Source of the DNA: Carcharhinus longimanus
Taxonomy: Eukaryota
Reading direction: 5' to 3'
Assembly: GCA_030264375.1 (NCBI GenBank)
Contig: JASCQW010000081.1
Coordinates: 63,167,368-63,231,367, forward strand
DNA: 64,000 nucleotides
Shown: one piece after another, positions 38,221-51,700 of the stretch
Position numbering within the stretch: the stretch's first letter is position 1
Layout of the letters: every line of letters begins with the position of its first letter
Made by a program: the position numbers and the translations under genes
Notes under the pieces: generated by a model
Told to the model about the DNA's origin: nothing
Database searches by the model: none
What the model saw: only the letters and a program-made list of their open reading frames with translations

Positions 38221-38964
38221 AAGAACATGTGATCTGAAAATATTTTTTTCAACTCTGCAAACACTCATCTTATCTTATCCAGCCATTCCATGTTCTGACT
38301 TTTCTAACTGTATTTTAAACTGTCTCTTACAATGGGAAGCTGCCATTACTCTTTGGATATAAAATCAAGGCATTAAAATGTCCCACCTAATGAATTATGG
38401 GCATAAATTTAGTATCCATAAAATAAGGGTTAAATTTTAAAAGGTAGAAGATGCACAAGGTTTCTGCTACTGTTCAGTTAATAGTTTAAACAACCAGGCT
38501 TTCCAATAATAGCTACAAAGCAAAAGTACCAGTAACCTTCTAATATTTAAATAGGTGATGGTAGTGATTTTATTCAGCACAGAACATGTGGATAATCTTG
38601 GTAGAAATGACAAGTCCAAAGGAAACATCTGTTCTGAGATTTCAATAGATCACCAGCAGCTAATGAGCAACAATCCCAATTTCTAAAGTAAAACTTGAGT
38701 TACTTTCTGCTTTACACAGGTTACAAAATCTCTTTCTGGTGAAGATCAATTTTAAACGTTCAGTAGCAAATCACGGTAAAAGTTTAAACAAGAGGCTGTT
38801 GATCAAGAGGTCATTCGTCATCAATACAAAAGTATTGATGTAGATCTCTACTGTGACCAGCAAACCTGCCAAGGATGGTGGTTGTGTTTTTTTAATCCTT
38901 CGAATGAATGCACTGTCCACATTACAAGCTAACTCAACTGTACTGTAAATTGGTCAATGCAAGT

Positions 38965-39178
38965 TCATGACATTTGGTTCAATAATGCCTTTTAAGGAAG
39001 AATATTTGCCATCCTTACCTGGTCTGGCTTATGTAATTCCAAATCCACTAACAATGTGGCTGACTCTTGAATTCCTTCCAAAATGGCCTAGAAAGCCACT
39101 CAGTTCAAGGATAATTAAGTATAAGCAATAAATGCTGGCTCAGCCAGCAACCCCCACATCCCATGACTTTTTTTTAAA
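38965..39178 (+). mobile_element. MER131-like SINE 3' part (other copies at about 45935-46125 and 61878-62015)
   Basis: Three mutually similar copies of ccttacctggtctgg...atgtga.tcca...caatgtgg.tgactctt...gcaataaatgctggc.cagccag. Family name from memory. Confidence 0.7.
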
Positions 39179-40959
39179 TTACAATAGTACCCAGTACAAC
39201 TGCCCGCTCTAGAATTCACAGCAAGGATACCACTTCCCCTACAATGTCTGCATTAGAAAGAAAGCTCATGAATGACCTACATGATACCATTATGTCAACC
39301 ATAGAGTCAGTTAAATCTTATTTAAGAATACAATAATCAAGCTGCTTGATTCTGAAGCAATGTAATGCTTGTGAGGAAGCTAAGACACAGATTGAAATAC
39401 TTTGAATTCACTCAGAAGCCTGGTCTCTCTGCAAATTCTAGAATTGCTGATGGTGCCAGTGAAGAAGTTTGAAAATCATCATTTTGGTCATCCCAAAGAT
39501 TGCCATTGTATGGGCAAGTACTCGTTTCCTGGACATTGACCTGAATCCCGCAAGTACATTGGCAATGAATTTCCTACAATAATCCTGATATACATTCCAT
39601 GAAATTATCGACTAGCAATATTAAGTATGCATTTTCAAAGCCGACAGCATACATGGAGATGTTGCAGAATTTTCTTTGATAATTTTCCCCATGAAAACCA
39701 GTTAGGGTTTGGTTCCATTGATGCTCGCTCTCTCTCTCTCTCTCTAAGCTGCATGGTCAGCTACACTTTAGCTTTACAACTGAATTATAATTGGCATCAC
39801 CCACCTTCAGCTTCTCCTTCAAAGTATGCTTATGGAACTGTAAGTCGTGATCCAGAGGGCACAGGGTCAAAAGCTCAACTCAAATAGAACAAAATACTCA
39901 GGATACAAACAAGCATTCTGCTATATTTAATCAGTATTTGACTACCCTGCACATACAACTCCCTACAGTCCTGAATGACTTCGTCAAGTACATAACCTTC
40001 AAAATTGGCTCTCAAAAACATGGTCTTTCACCAGAAACTATGAATGCAATCTCTGTTAAATGTTGTAAGTGTTACAGACTGGAAGTTATCAGTGAGTTAG
40101 CAATACATATTCACAAAGAATCTTTAATGTAGTGGAATGTCCCAAGGTGTTCCATTAGAGCATTGTAAAACTGGTAGGGCACTGAGTCACAAATATCAAG
40201 CCAGATGACCAAAAACCTACTTCTTCTGAACAAGCTTTAGAGAGCATCTTAGAGGATGAAAGTGAGACAGAGGAGGGTACTACAGAACTTGGAGCCTAGG
40301 CAACTGAAGGCACTGCCTCTAAGGGTGGAGCAATTAAAACTGGGATTCTCAAAACGGCCTAAATTAGAGGAACACATATCTGAAAGGTTAGGTTGGGGCA
40401 GGTACAAGAGAAAGGAATGGGCGAGGCCTTGGAGGGATTCGAAAAGAAGGAGCTCAACTTGGAGCTAATATTGATCACAGAACAAACAGATGGTAGGGGA
40501 ATGGGGCTTGCTTGATTGAAGACACAGCAGCAGACTTTTAAATTTCTTCATGTTTATGGAGGGCAATATCCGAGACCCTAATCAGGAAAGAATTGGAATT
40601 AAAGAGTTTAAGAGTAAGCAAAATATAGATATGGGTTGCAGCAGGTGGACTAACACAGGGGCAAGGTCAGACGATACTATAGGAGGTGGAAATAGTCGGT
40701 TTCATAATGTTGGAAGGTCACCTTGAAATCAAATGTGACATCAATGATGGGAACAAAGTGGCTTATGGAAACATAAAATTACTTTTTTTTTGGAACTTTC
40801 CAAACTTGCTCTATTATGCATTTTCAAGTTTGGCTTTTTTGCATTTACAACTGATTTTGACTAAATTATAAGTTCACCTTTGGTACAACCAGAAGTTGAA
40901 ACTAAGAGAAGACAAATATCAACTTCCAAGTGCAATTGATCACATCTCCATGCAATTCA

Positions 40960-42290
40960 GTACTAAAAGTTGAGATTTGTACCTTGAAACTGATGAAAAG
41001 GCTTTGGGGGAGACAAGAGGTGAGTTACGCCCCACAGAATTTCCAATTTCTGATCTGCATTTGTAATCACAGTATTTATATGGTGGATTCAGTTCTATTT
41101 TCTGTTAATGGGGACCTCCAGCATGTTGATATCAGGGATTAAGCACTGGTAATGTCATTGCAAATTAAAGAAGATAATTAGATTTCTGCTGGAGGTTGCC
41201 ACTGTCTGGCTTTTGTCAGATGCAAGTGTTACTTGTGACATATCAGCATTAGTTGAATGCTGTCTAAGTGTTGCTGCATGGCGACACTGACTGCTTCAAC
41301 AGCTTGGGTTTGCAAATGGAACTGAATATGGTGCAATCATCAAACAAACCTAGTTCTGGCTTTATGATGGACAAATACCATTGGTCAAACAGCTAATGAT
41401 AGTTGGGCTTTGGACACTACCTGAAGGAATTCCTACAGCAATGTCCTGAGTCTGAGATAATTGGCTCCAAAACCTACTATCTTCCTCTGTGCCAGATAGG
41501 ACTCAAACCAGAGAGCTGATGGACAGTGGGGATTAGAGGTCCTTGCTGCCACAATGAATCAAAAGATATCTTGGAGTCAAAGGCCATCACTCTCACCCCA
41601 CACTTTTGCCCATCATTCAGACTAAAGCTATAATGAGTCCTGGTGCCCAGAGCCTGGCAAACTCCAAATGAGCGTTGGTACACAGGCTTTTGCTGAATAA
41701 GCACCGCTTAACAGCACTGTCAATGACATCTTCTGTCACTTTTCTGATACAGGGTAATCTGATGGGGTAGTAACTGGTCAGATTGGATTTGTCCTGCTTT
41801 CTGTGGACAGAACACATTAGGGCAATTTTCCACATTGCTGGGTAAACACTAGTATTGTACTGGAACAGCTTACCAAGGGATGCAACAGTTGGAATGTTGT
41901 CAGGGTTCACTGCCTTTGCTATATCCAGTGCTATATTCTGCCATTTCTTGACATCACAAGGAGTAAATCAAGTTGGCTGAAGATAAGTATCTACAATAGT
42001 GGGGGTCTCAGAATGCAGAAAAACCAGTCAGCAATTCTGGTTGCAAATGCTTCAGCCTTATCATTAACACTGATATGTTGGGCTCCTCCAACGTGGAGAA
42101 TTGGGATACTTATGGAGCATTCTCCTCCAGTTGGTTGTTTAATTGGCCACCATTGTTCACAACTGGATGTGGCAGAACTATAGAGCTACGATTTGTTTGG
42201 TTCATTGATTGCTTTACCCCATCCTATGTGACTTCCGCTGTTTAGCATGCATATAGCCCTGTGTTGCAGATCATCAGGCTCTTCAAGGTA
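40960..42290 (-). mobile_element. decayed non-LTR retrotransposon RT region (CR1/L2 group, distinct from the common CR1)
   Basis: Minus ORF 41617-41910 PDNIP...YPAMWKIALMCSVHRKQDKSNLTSYYPIRL matches the pre-RT pattern P..WK.A.V.PVHK....S...NYRPISL. ORF 41477-41704 has AFDSKISFDSLWQ (LDI.KAFD.VWH-like). Confidence 0.8.
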
Positions 42291-43125
42291 ATGCATCAAT
42301 CATATCACTAATATAACTTGGTTGTATGTATACAACTGATGCAAGCAGCCCCTGCTTGCAATAAAATGATTCTGACTATGTCAGAGTTACTCAACTAGAA
42401 TACATGGAGGAAATTATCCAATATTCATGCAAGACGAACTAAGGAAGCAATGAAAACACAGAACACATACTTTAATGCCTATTTTCAAAAAATAAACTAT
42501 AATTATCACTTTACTACATTAAAGAATTTTTTTTAAGATACAGGTTTGTTCCCATAAAGATTTTTTAAAGCAGATCCAACCCAAAAGCTCATCTTCTGAT
42601 ATTCTCATTTGCAAAAATATCTCAATGAATTTATCATTTTCTATTCTGTGCAGGATAAGGACACATTGCTATGGTCAATATTCAGTGTCCTGTGCACAGT
42701 AAAAATGAGCTCTGTAGCATGGAATTGAAAACACAAGCAAAACAGGTCACTTTCCTAAAGACTTTTGTAAGCCAGAAAACCTGGCTGCTTTCACAGTCAT
42801 TTCATCTGGTGCTGACCCATAAATTATCACATTTATTGAAATCAACCTGTTTCTTTTGGTGGGATTTAACAGTATCATAACTTGTAACCTACTGAATTTT
42901 TTTCATTTCAATGGTCTTTCCTGATAAATTATTCTCCAACTCTGATTATAAAAGCCCCAATTTCTTGACCTAGTGTTAACATCCAATGTTTATACCCCAT
43001 GCCAGGCAGAACTTGAATGCTTTGTCTTATCAGATAATTTATAGAGATATTCATAGGTAATAAAACAATATGCTTGGAGTTACTTTTTCAATTCCCTTCG
43101 TAGTCCTGAAACTTTCAGTTACAGT

Positions 43126-43356
43126 AAAAAGTTTATTTATTAGTCACAAGTAAGGCTTACATTAACACTGCAATGAAGTTACTGTGAAATTCCCCTCGTC
43201 ACCACACTCTAGCAGCTGTTCGGGTCAATGCACTAACCAGGGAAACCCATGCTGGCACAGGGAGAAGGTGCAAACTCCACACAGACAGTGACCCAAGCCG
43301 AGAATCAAACCTGGGTCACTGGCGCTGAAAGGCAGCAGTGCTAACCACTGTGCCAA
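43126..43356 (-). mobile_element. V-SINE with HE1-like head and a non-CR1 tail
   Basis: Minus strand tggcacagtggttagcactgctgcc...ccaggtttgattctcggcttgggtcactgtctgtgtggagtttgcac...gtaagccttacttgtgactaataaataaac. Confidence 0.85.
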
Positions 43357-46322
43357 TTAGATCATGCAGAAGTTTAAAATTTTCAAAAAAAAAACAAAAT
43401 CTAACTATTTAATCATTCCTCAAATTTCTTGTACTGTACTTGCTTTCCTTCAATTTTCACTTTCGTACCCACTTGAGGGAAATAACATCTTTGCAGCAAT
43501 TCAATGACCAAAATGTACTCATTACTCCAAAGTGGAACCTGACTATTGTTATGTACACCAACAATATAATCTTAATAGATACTGTCCTATTTGCCTTTCT
43601 TACCAGAGTCATATACTGGACTGTTTGCCTGATTATTAAATTAAACCTAAATAACACACAGATTTCCTCTCTCTGATCAGTACACTCTAGGACTAAGCCA
43701 GTTGGCACAGCTCCCTTCTCTCTGGCCCTGCCCCAAATCAAATAATCTTATATTCGATTAACTACATTGTCAGCTATTAGCCTAGTTAGCCAAGAACATC
43801 CTACCAAAAATATTTGTGGTCCCTCATTAGTTGCTCTACCTCCCTTTAAAACTCTTGTGCAGATCCGAAGAGTTTGTTTATAATATCTTCAAGATCATTA
43901 GTATATATTAAAAGTAGCAATAACCCAAAATCAATTTTTGAGGACCCTACTCATAATTTATTAGTTGGAAAAATATTCCACAAAGAGCTATCCTGCTTCT
44001 TAACTTTAAATTAATTATTCATGATCCTTTACTGCACTTATTTATTCTCCAAGTGAATCTTGCTAAAAGCTTTTTGAAAATCTACATACAAAGTCAAGTG
44101 CAGTCTAGAAAGTTAAACAATTCCTTGAATTAGTGCCCTTAAGATTGCTCACTTAAAATTGTTCTGAAGACTTTCTCTAGAACTGATGCTACCCTTACTA
44201 GCTGATAATCAGATGTGTCACTTGGCCCATTTATATTAATTATCAGACTCATCAGTTCTGTATTTGGAGAATGTCAACCAAAACAGCCAGTTAGATAATT
44301 CAAGAAAAATATCTACACCATCATTTTATTGGCTCTGCTCACAAGACTAGATTCCTTTCCTCCATGAGTATCTGGTTGCAATATAAACAAAGAAACTCAG
44401 TGCTGATCAAAGGCCATGTCACAGGAAGCTCCCTTATTTTCACTCATGCTTCCAGCAATATAATCATAATGTGACTGACAGAGGATTTCTCTGTTCACAA
44501 ACTGTAGTCAGCTAACTGAAAAATCTTTCTGCAGTTTTAAAAGAAAGAAGAAACAATATAGTTGTAAATCAGTCCACCTAACTTGAAAGACTGGACAACT
44601 TCTATATAATGATTTTAGAACACAATCGACAGATAAAACAGATATGGTTAGGGACAAGTTCAAGTTGTGTCCCTGTTGTCAACACAAGTCAGCTGACAGT
44701 CACACCTGAAATGCGGCAGTTTAATATCAGACAAAACAATATTAACAGCTCTAACACTGTCACAACTCAACAGCATGATCTGCTGTCTAGAGAAAGTCAC
44801 TTCAGTAAAAACACTTTCACTTCAATGAAAACCACATAAGTTATAAGTCAGAAGCAGCAAACATTGGGAAAGAATTGTAGTCTTTACTTTCATCAGAAAT
44901 TTACTTTAAAAGTCAATTCAAAAGGTAGTTAATAACTGCTTTTCTATATCATAGGTCCAGGGACAAATATTAAAAAGTACACTGCTATCATTTGGAGAGA
45001 GATACAACACTGTACCTTTGAAATACTATCAGATGATTTACTGGACAAAATATTAGTGATTACAATAGTTCTGTCTTCATTGCATAAATGTTTATTTCAA
45101 TAAAAATATTAAAATTTAGGCCCACCCTCCAACTCTATCTTACTACTACGAAATACATCTTTCTAATGTCCGTGTACCTAGTCACTATTGATTTTATTCA
45201 GTTTGAACATTTTGATTTTAGTCAGCACAAAAGGGCAGTATGAAGCAATCAACTTACACCATTTATTATGCCACTCAATGTATTCTTAATAAATTTTTCC
45301 CTCACCAACAACAGTTGGAAGGCAATTTTCACAGTTCTGGCCCTGTTAAGATCAATGCAGTATCATACTTTCTTTACATTTAAAAAAATTTTTGCATTAC
45401 TGCCACTAAAGACTGAAAAATATAGTGCGCTACTGGAGCTCTAAGTCTCAAAGGGTCAAAGTGATAAAACTTAAAATTGCAACACTATTTGTTGTATTTA
45501 TCAATGTTTATTTCACTTCTCTCTTGTCCATGTACTCCTTTTTCCTCACATAAATAATCCAAGGTCATAGATGACTGGTGCAAGCAACTGCAACCTAACT
45601 CAGTTAACCCAGAATAATAGTAAAAGACATAGCAATGGGAAGCATTTATCTAATTAAACACGCAAAATAAAATATTTTTTAAAAATGATCTGCAGAGAAT
45701 TACAGTAGCGTTTCCCTCAAAGAAATACCACCAAGTTTTTAATATAAAAAGTAGCCTAAGGCTTTCAAGAAAAGAATGGAATCCACTTCCTGAAGGAACT
45801 TATTTCAATTGCTTCAATTATGAGTGAAAATGTGCAATACAGTATTTTCAATGTAATAATTTACTTTATGAAATAGAATTGGTCATAGAAAAGGAGTGTT
45901 GGTCATGATCAAAATTAAACAACCAGATGGACAGAAAAACCTGTCTGGTTCCCTAATATCCTTACCCAGACTAATCTATGTGACTCCAGGCCCAAAACAA
46001 TGTGGTGATCTCATAACTGTCTTCTGGAATTGCCTAGAAAGCCACTTAGTTCAGGGCAGTTAAGAATTGGCAATGTATGCAGGACCAGCCAGTGACGACC
46101 ACATACCATCAATGACTAAAAAACCCTCCAACCTCTCAAGAATAATTTGGGATTTGCATTGAGCAACAAAATGCTGGTTTTGCCAACGACACACAAATAT
46201 TCAATGAATTAATGATTTAAAACAAAAGCAATTTGTTATTTCTTTTCTCCCAGCCTGTTCCATTTGGACATAAACACATATGCACGTTTGTATTTTAAAT
46301 CTTAAACATCTGCTCAATTTCA

Positions 46323-46574
<252 letters not shown>

Positions 46575-47636
46575 TTAAACATTTGTAAAGTATTTTTATT
46601 ATGGGGCCACCAGAAACAACTTCAGACCCTAAAACAGATGTTCAATTTCTTAAAAGTTCCATCTGCAAACTCCTTTTGTTACCCGTCTTAATGTTCCCAT
46701 ATGTGCTCAGTATCAAAATTAAATTATTCCTATGCAGCAGCTTGAGTTGTATTACTATGTTAAAGGTACTATGCAAATACAATTGTTGATGTAATGATAA
46801 AGAAAAACTGTGAAAAGCCAAATTTCATCACAAGGTTAAATACGCTTTTCTTCAATACTTTTTAATATTTGGTCACTGTAGTCTACGGTTACAATAAATA
46901 CTGTAGGTTTTTAGGTTGGATGGAAAGGCCATCATCCATTCACATTATTAGAAGTTCATAACATTTCCAAGTCCATTCATAGTAAGCACATTTTCCTTGA
47001 TTCCAATTCACACATTGTGAAATACAACAGCCCAGATTTGACAATGATGAAGGGCCAGTGCTCGCCATTCTCTACACTGACAGTTGCTCAGAAGTTCTAA
47101 TGGTCTTTTGAGCTGAAGTTCGCTCCAATTGTAGCCAATGCACAGGGAATCTGTGACATGTGAGAGCAGGGCAACAAACAGAAATTTCAACCAGATCAGA
47201 GGATCCTCATAGACACAAAGTTTAAACCTGAAACTGAAAGTAAAAGTTAGATTTAGACTGTGTATACCGGCAAAATCAAGGATTGGGAAAGATGGGATCA
47301 AGATCAGAGAGATGGAAAGGAAAAGCTAAAAATTGAAAATCTCCAACAAGAGTTGAGTTCTGAAAGAATGAGACTGCACCCTTAAAAACAATCAATTTTA
47401 TTGGGCAGCAATGATCATTTATTACACCATTAAATTTCACTTGCACCTGAACGTCCAACATTTCCTGACTTGTTCAGTGAGTAATTATTGGCAAGTACAT
47501 TCACATTGAGCCTACNNNNNNNNNNNNNNNNNNNNNNNNNNNNNNNNNNNNNNNNNNNNNNNNNNNNNNNNNNNNNNNNNNNNNNNNNNNNNNNNNNNNN
47601 NNNNNNNNNNNNNNNCCTACTAGTGAGGTACAGTTA

Positions 47637-47653
47637 TAGTGCCACCTATGGAC
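47637..47653 (-). promoter_or_regulatory. CTCF-like motif
   Basis: Minus strand GTCCATAGGTGGCACTA resembles the CTCF core. Matched by eye only. Confidence 0.4.
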
Positions 47654-47939
47654 GAGCAGGGAAAGTCAGACCAGAACTTCCTTATTTCCAAGTTTAACTG
47701 CACATGCTTCAGAAGTTGTTACTAAAGTTACTCTATATTCACTGAATGCTGACAACCTTACCTTCTTACTAACATTAACCCAAATCAATATGTACACAGA
47801 CACTGACATAAACAGGTAGAATGGTTTGATAATCTGCTGACCCTATAGGGCCTCAGATATTCCAGCACAGCTTTGGGTATGGACTGTTTCTTCTTAAAAG
47901 TGCTCAATTACAAGTATGAATTTAGCAACATGATTCAAT

Positions 47940-48320
47940 GAAAAAGACCTTGCATTTCAAAAACACTTGTCATGATTTTGGACTTTCCAAAGCATGCACC
48001 AACCAAAATGGGCAACTTTTCAAATGTAAAATGTAGTCGAGGTTGTAAGAAATTGTTGCAGCCAATGTACGTAGTGAGGTCACATAAACAGCAACAATAT
48101 AAATGGCCAGATAATGCTACCAAAATGCAAGTTGAAAGATAAATGTAAGCAGACACCTGGAGAACCCGCTTCCTTCCCATTCATCTTCAAATAATACTAT
48201 GGAAATTTATTTAATATTTCAATTGAAAGACTATTTCAGTGCAGCATATAGTATTGATTGCATTAAGTGTCCAGGACAGTTTAGCACATTACAAGAGTTA
48301 ACTAGCACTGAGGCACAGTT
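47940..48320 (-). mobile_element. DeuSINE (SacSINE/AmnSINE-like), decayed
   Basis: Aligns by eye with 56358-56755 (aagac.ttgcattt...gcagccaat.tg...ataaac). Confidence 0.6.
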
Positions 48321-49938
48321 CACACTGAATGCAATGCATTGATAATTTAACAGAAAGGAATAAAAGGTACAAATATAATTATAAACCTACACTAATTTAT
48401 TGTAACCTTAGACTACAGTGACCAAATACTAAAAAGTAGTGAAGAAAAGCATATTTAACCTTGTAATGTAATTTGGCTTTTCACTGCTTTTCTTCCTCAT
48501 TACATCAACAGTTGTATTTGCATAGTGCCTTTAACATAGTGATACAACCAAGCTACTGCTTAGGGATAATTTAATTTTGACACTGAGCATACAATGGGAC
48601 ATTAAAACAGGTGACAAAAAGCTTGCTCAAAGAGGTATATTTTCAGAAGGGAGGAAATTAATGAGTATGGTTCAAGTCAACTGAAGGTATGGTTGCCAAC
48701 AGTGGGATGACAAGAAACAGCTAAGGCAACAATAAGAGGTCAAAACTGGAGTGTGCAGAAATCTGGTAGGGCTGTAGAGTTGAAAAGGATTAGAGGCAGC
48801 AAGAACAAGGAGGGATTGGCAACAAGGGCAAGAAATTTCTAATCAAGGCATGGCTGGACCAAGCAATGTAGTCCAGCAAGCACAGCAGTGACAGATGCAC
48901 AGGAAGTGGAGATTTTCATGAGCTTATGGTTACAAAGCATAGAAGACATTAGACCAACCAAGAAAGCAATGGAATAATCTAGTCTAGAAGTAACAAAAGC
49001 AAGGTTGAGGGTTTCAACAGAAAATAAGATGAGTGAGGGCAAAGACAATCGATGTTATGGAGATGGGTGTAGGCAGTCTTGTGATGGAAAGGATACAAAA
49101 TGGAAAGTTGAATTCAGAGTCAAACACATTGCCACAGTTGCAAGCAGAGTCCAGATCAACCTCAGACACTGGTCCAGGAGAATAATAGTAAGTGTTGAGG
49201 TGATTAAGCATTACTCAAAGGCATGGTAAGTAAAGGTCAAAGCTAATTTATGTCATAAAGTAAACATATTCACACATTTTGGAATGGCGTTGCACAGGGT
49301 CACAAACCACGGTGGAGTTAAGAACTAATGTACTCAAAATAAATGCTTCCATTATCAGAATGAATGGGTTACATTTTAAGAGATAAATCATTAATTAACT
49401 GCAATTAAAGAAACTGTCTCTAAGCAGTCTTGCAGACACCACCACTGGCAGAGGAGGATATATTACTCTGATAAATTAAATAGGTAGTTCGCAGTACAAA
49501 TGTGGACATCAGAATTTACAAGAATTTAAAAGCTGACCAGGCATGCAAAATATATTAATAATCCAAAAGTTGAGTTTATTAGTTTCGATAATACCCTGGT
49601 GTAACAAAAATATAAATGCCAATATATCATAATTATAAAACATGCTTGGAATTACCAGAATACTGACAAAAACATTTTCAAACAGTTAATAACTGCATAC
49701 AGTATAATTTTGTTGTACTAGGTTTTACAAAGAATCTTAAAAGCAGAGGTAAAAATTAATGCACTCATTATTTCAATAATAGCATATAATAATGCCATTT
49801 TATGTATTAAATTGGAGCTATATGCCATAATCAGAATTATTAAAATTTTACATGCTTCCCATTAGTTACTACCAGTACTAATTTTGTTTTCAAGATTTTG
49901 CCATACATTTTAGAGAGCACCATAGTAAACAGATTCAG

Positions 49939-50245
49939 AGGAGGCAGTGGTGTGGTGGCATTGTCGTTGCATCCATTACCTTGGGTTCAGAGGCCCAAGT
50001 TGATGGTGTGCAGACTCGTGGTCGAATCCCACCATGACAGACGGTGGCGTTTGAATTCAATAAAAATCTGAAATTAAAAGTCTAATGATGACAATAATCA
50101 AATGTTGTAAAAATCCATCTGGATCACTAATATCTCTTAGGGAAGGAAATCTGTTGGATATGCCTGGTCTGACTTCCATATGACACCAGATCCACAACAA
50201 AGTGGTTGACTTTGAAATGGCCCCGGTAAGCCATTCGGTTGTATA
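49939..50245 (+). mobile_element. tRNA-headed MER131-like SINE lacking its usual tail
   Basis: A box gcagtggtgtggtgg, B box ggtcgaatccc, body aaaatccatctggatcactaat...tagggaaggaaatctg...gtggttgact. Confidence 0.7.
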
Positions 50246-50840
50246 AAATCAATACAGAAAACTGTATAAGGAAACAAACTGGAGGGAGCACCTGGCACCA
50301 GAAATCTTCAACAGTTGGAGGCTTGTCTCAAAATTAGAACACAGTTATATGCATGAAATCATAACTTACAAATAATTAAATCCTGTCCCAAAGTGGTATA
50401 CAATTAGGCAGGAGATGCCTTGGGTGTCCTCAACATTGTATGCAGACCCCATGGCATTAGGTCAAACATGGGCAAGGCAATCTTCTGCTGGTCACCATAT
50501 ATCTTTCCTCCTCAGCTAAGGAGTCAGTGTACCCCTCCTTGGTGAACATCATTTGGAGAAAAAACACAAGGATGGCAAGGGCACAGAATGCTTTCTGGGT
50601 AGGGGATTTCATTCATTACCAAGAGTGGCTCTGTAGCACCACTATAGAGCATGCTGACAAAGTCCTAAAGGACTTAGGTGCCAGACTGGGTCTGCAGATG
50701 ATGAGAGAACCAACAAGAGGGAAAAACTTACTTGAACTCATTCTCATCAACCTGCCTGCCACAGGTGCATCTGTCCATGACTGTACTGATAGATGTGACC
50801 ACAGCATTGTCCTTGTGGAGACAATGTTCAAATTGATGAT
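50246..50840 (+). mobile_element. LINE apurinic-like endonuclease remnant
   Basis: ORF 50527-50874: WVGDF.H..W...EPTRGKNLLELIL...CDHSIV, decayed GDFN / PTR..LDL / SDH motifs. Confidence 0.8.
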
Positions 50841-50849
50841 ACCCCCCAC

Positions 50850-51700
50850 ATCCCTTCATAGCGAGGGGGATTGAATATAAAAGTAGGTAGGTCTTGCTGC
50901 GGCTGTATAGGGCATTGGTGAGGCCGCAGCTGGAGTACTGTGTGCAGTTTTGGGCGCCGTACTTANNNNNNNNNNNNNNNNNNNNNNNNNNNNNNNNNNN
51001 NNNNNNNNNNNNNNNNNNNNNNNNNNNNNNNNNNNNNNNNNNNNNNNNNNNNNNNNNNNNNNNNNGAAAAAGATCTAATGTTCATCTGGCCTTGGTATTG
51101 TCTGGGATACAGGTTAGATGGAAAGAAAGCTTAATTCTCAACACCAACACTACTTGCTTTTATGAGCAGAAAAATACTTATATATTCAGGGATTCTACCT
51201 TCCACTGGATTCAAGTTGGTTACACTTTTTCTGTTCACAAGTACTCTATGTCCATAAGGTCATAGAATCATAGAATTACACAACTCAAGACAAAGCCATT
51301 TCACCCATCAAGTCTGTGCTGGTTCTTTCAAAAAACAAGTTAGTTTCACACCCCCTGTTCTTTGCATTGCTCTTCTACTTATTGAATTCCCTTTCAAAAG
51401 CTGCTACTGTGTTTGTGTCTACACTCTTTCTGACTAGATATTCAAACTCTAATCTGAAAATGTATTTGGTTCTTATGACAATCACCTTAAATCTTGCTCT
51501 CTGGTTATTGATCCTTCAGCCATTTTTACTCTTTAAACACCTCTGTTGGATCTTCTCTTAGCCTTCTCTGCTCAGAGAAAAACAATTAAGCTTCTCTAGA
51601 CTACAAATATATTCCTCATCCCTGAATCATTCTAGTAAATGTATTCTGTACTTTCTCCAAAGTCTTCGCGTCCTTCCTAAACAGCTGAGCATTTCAAGCT
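50850..51700. mobile_element. young CR1 piece (+, 50850-50965, next to a gap) and older CR1 3' end (-, about 51260-51700)
   Basis: LYRALVRPQLEYCVQFWAPYL; catagaatcatagaat tail. Confidence 0.8.
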
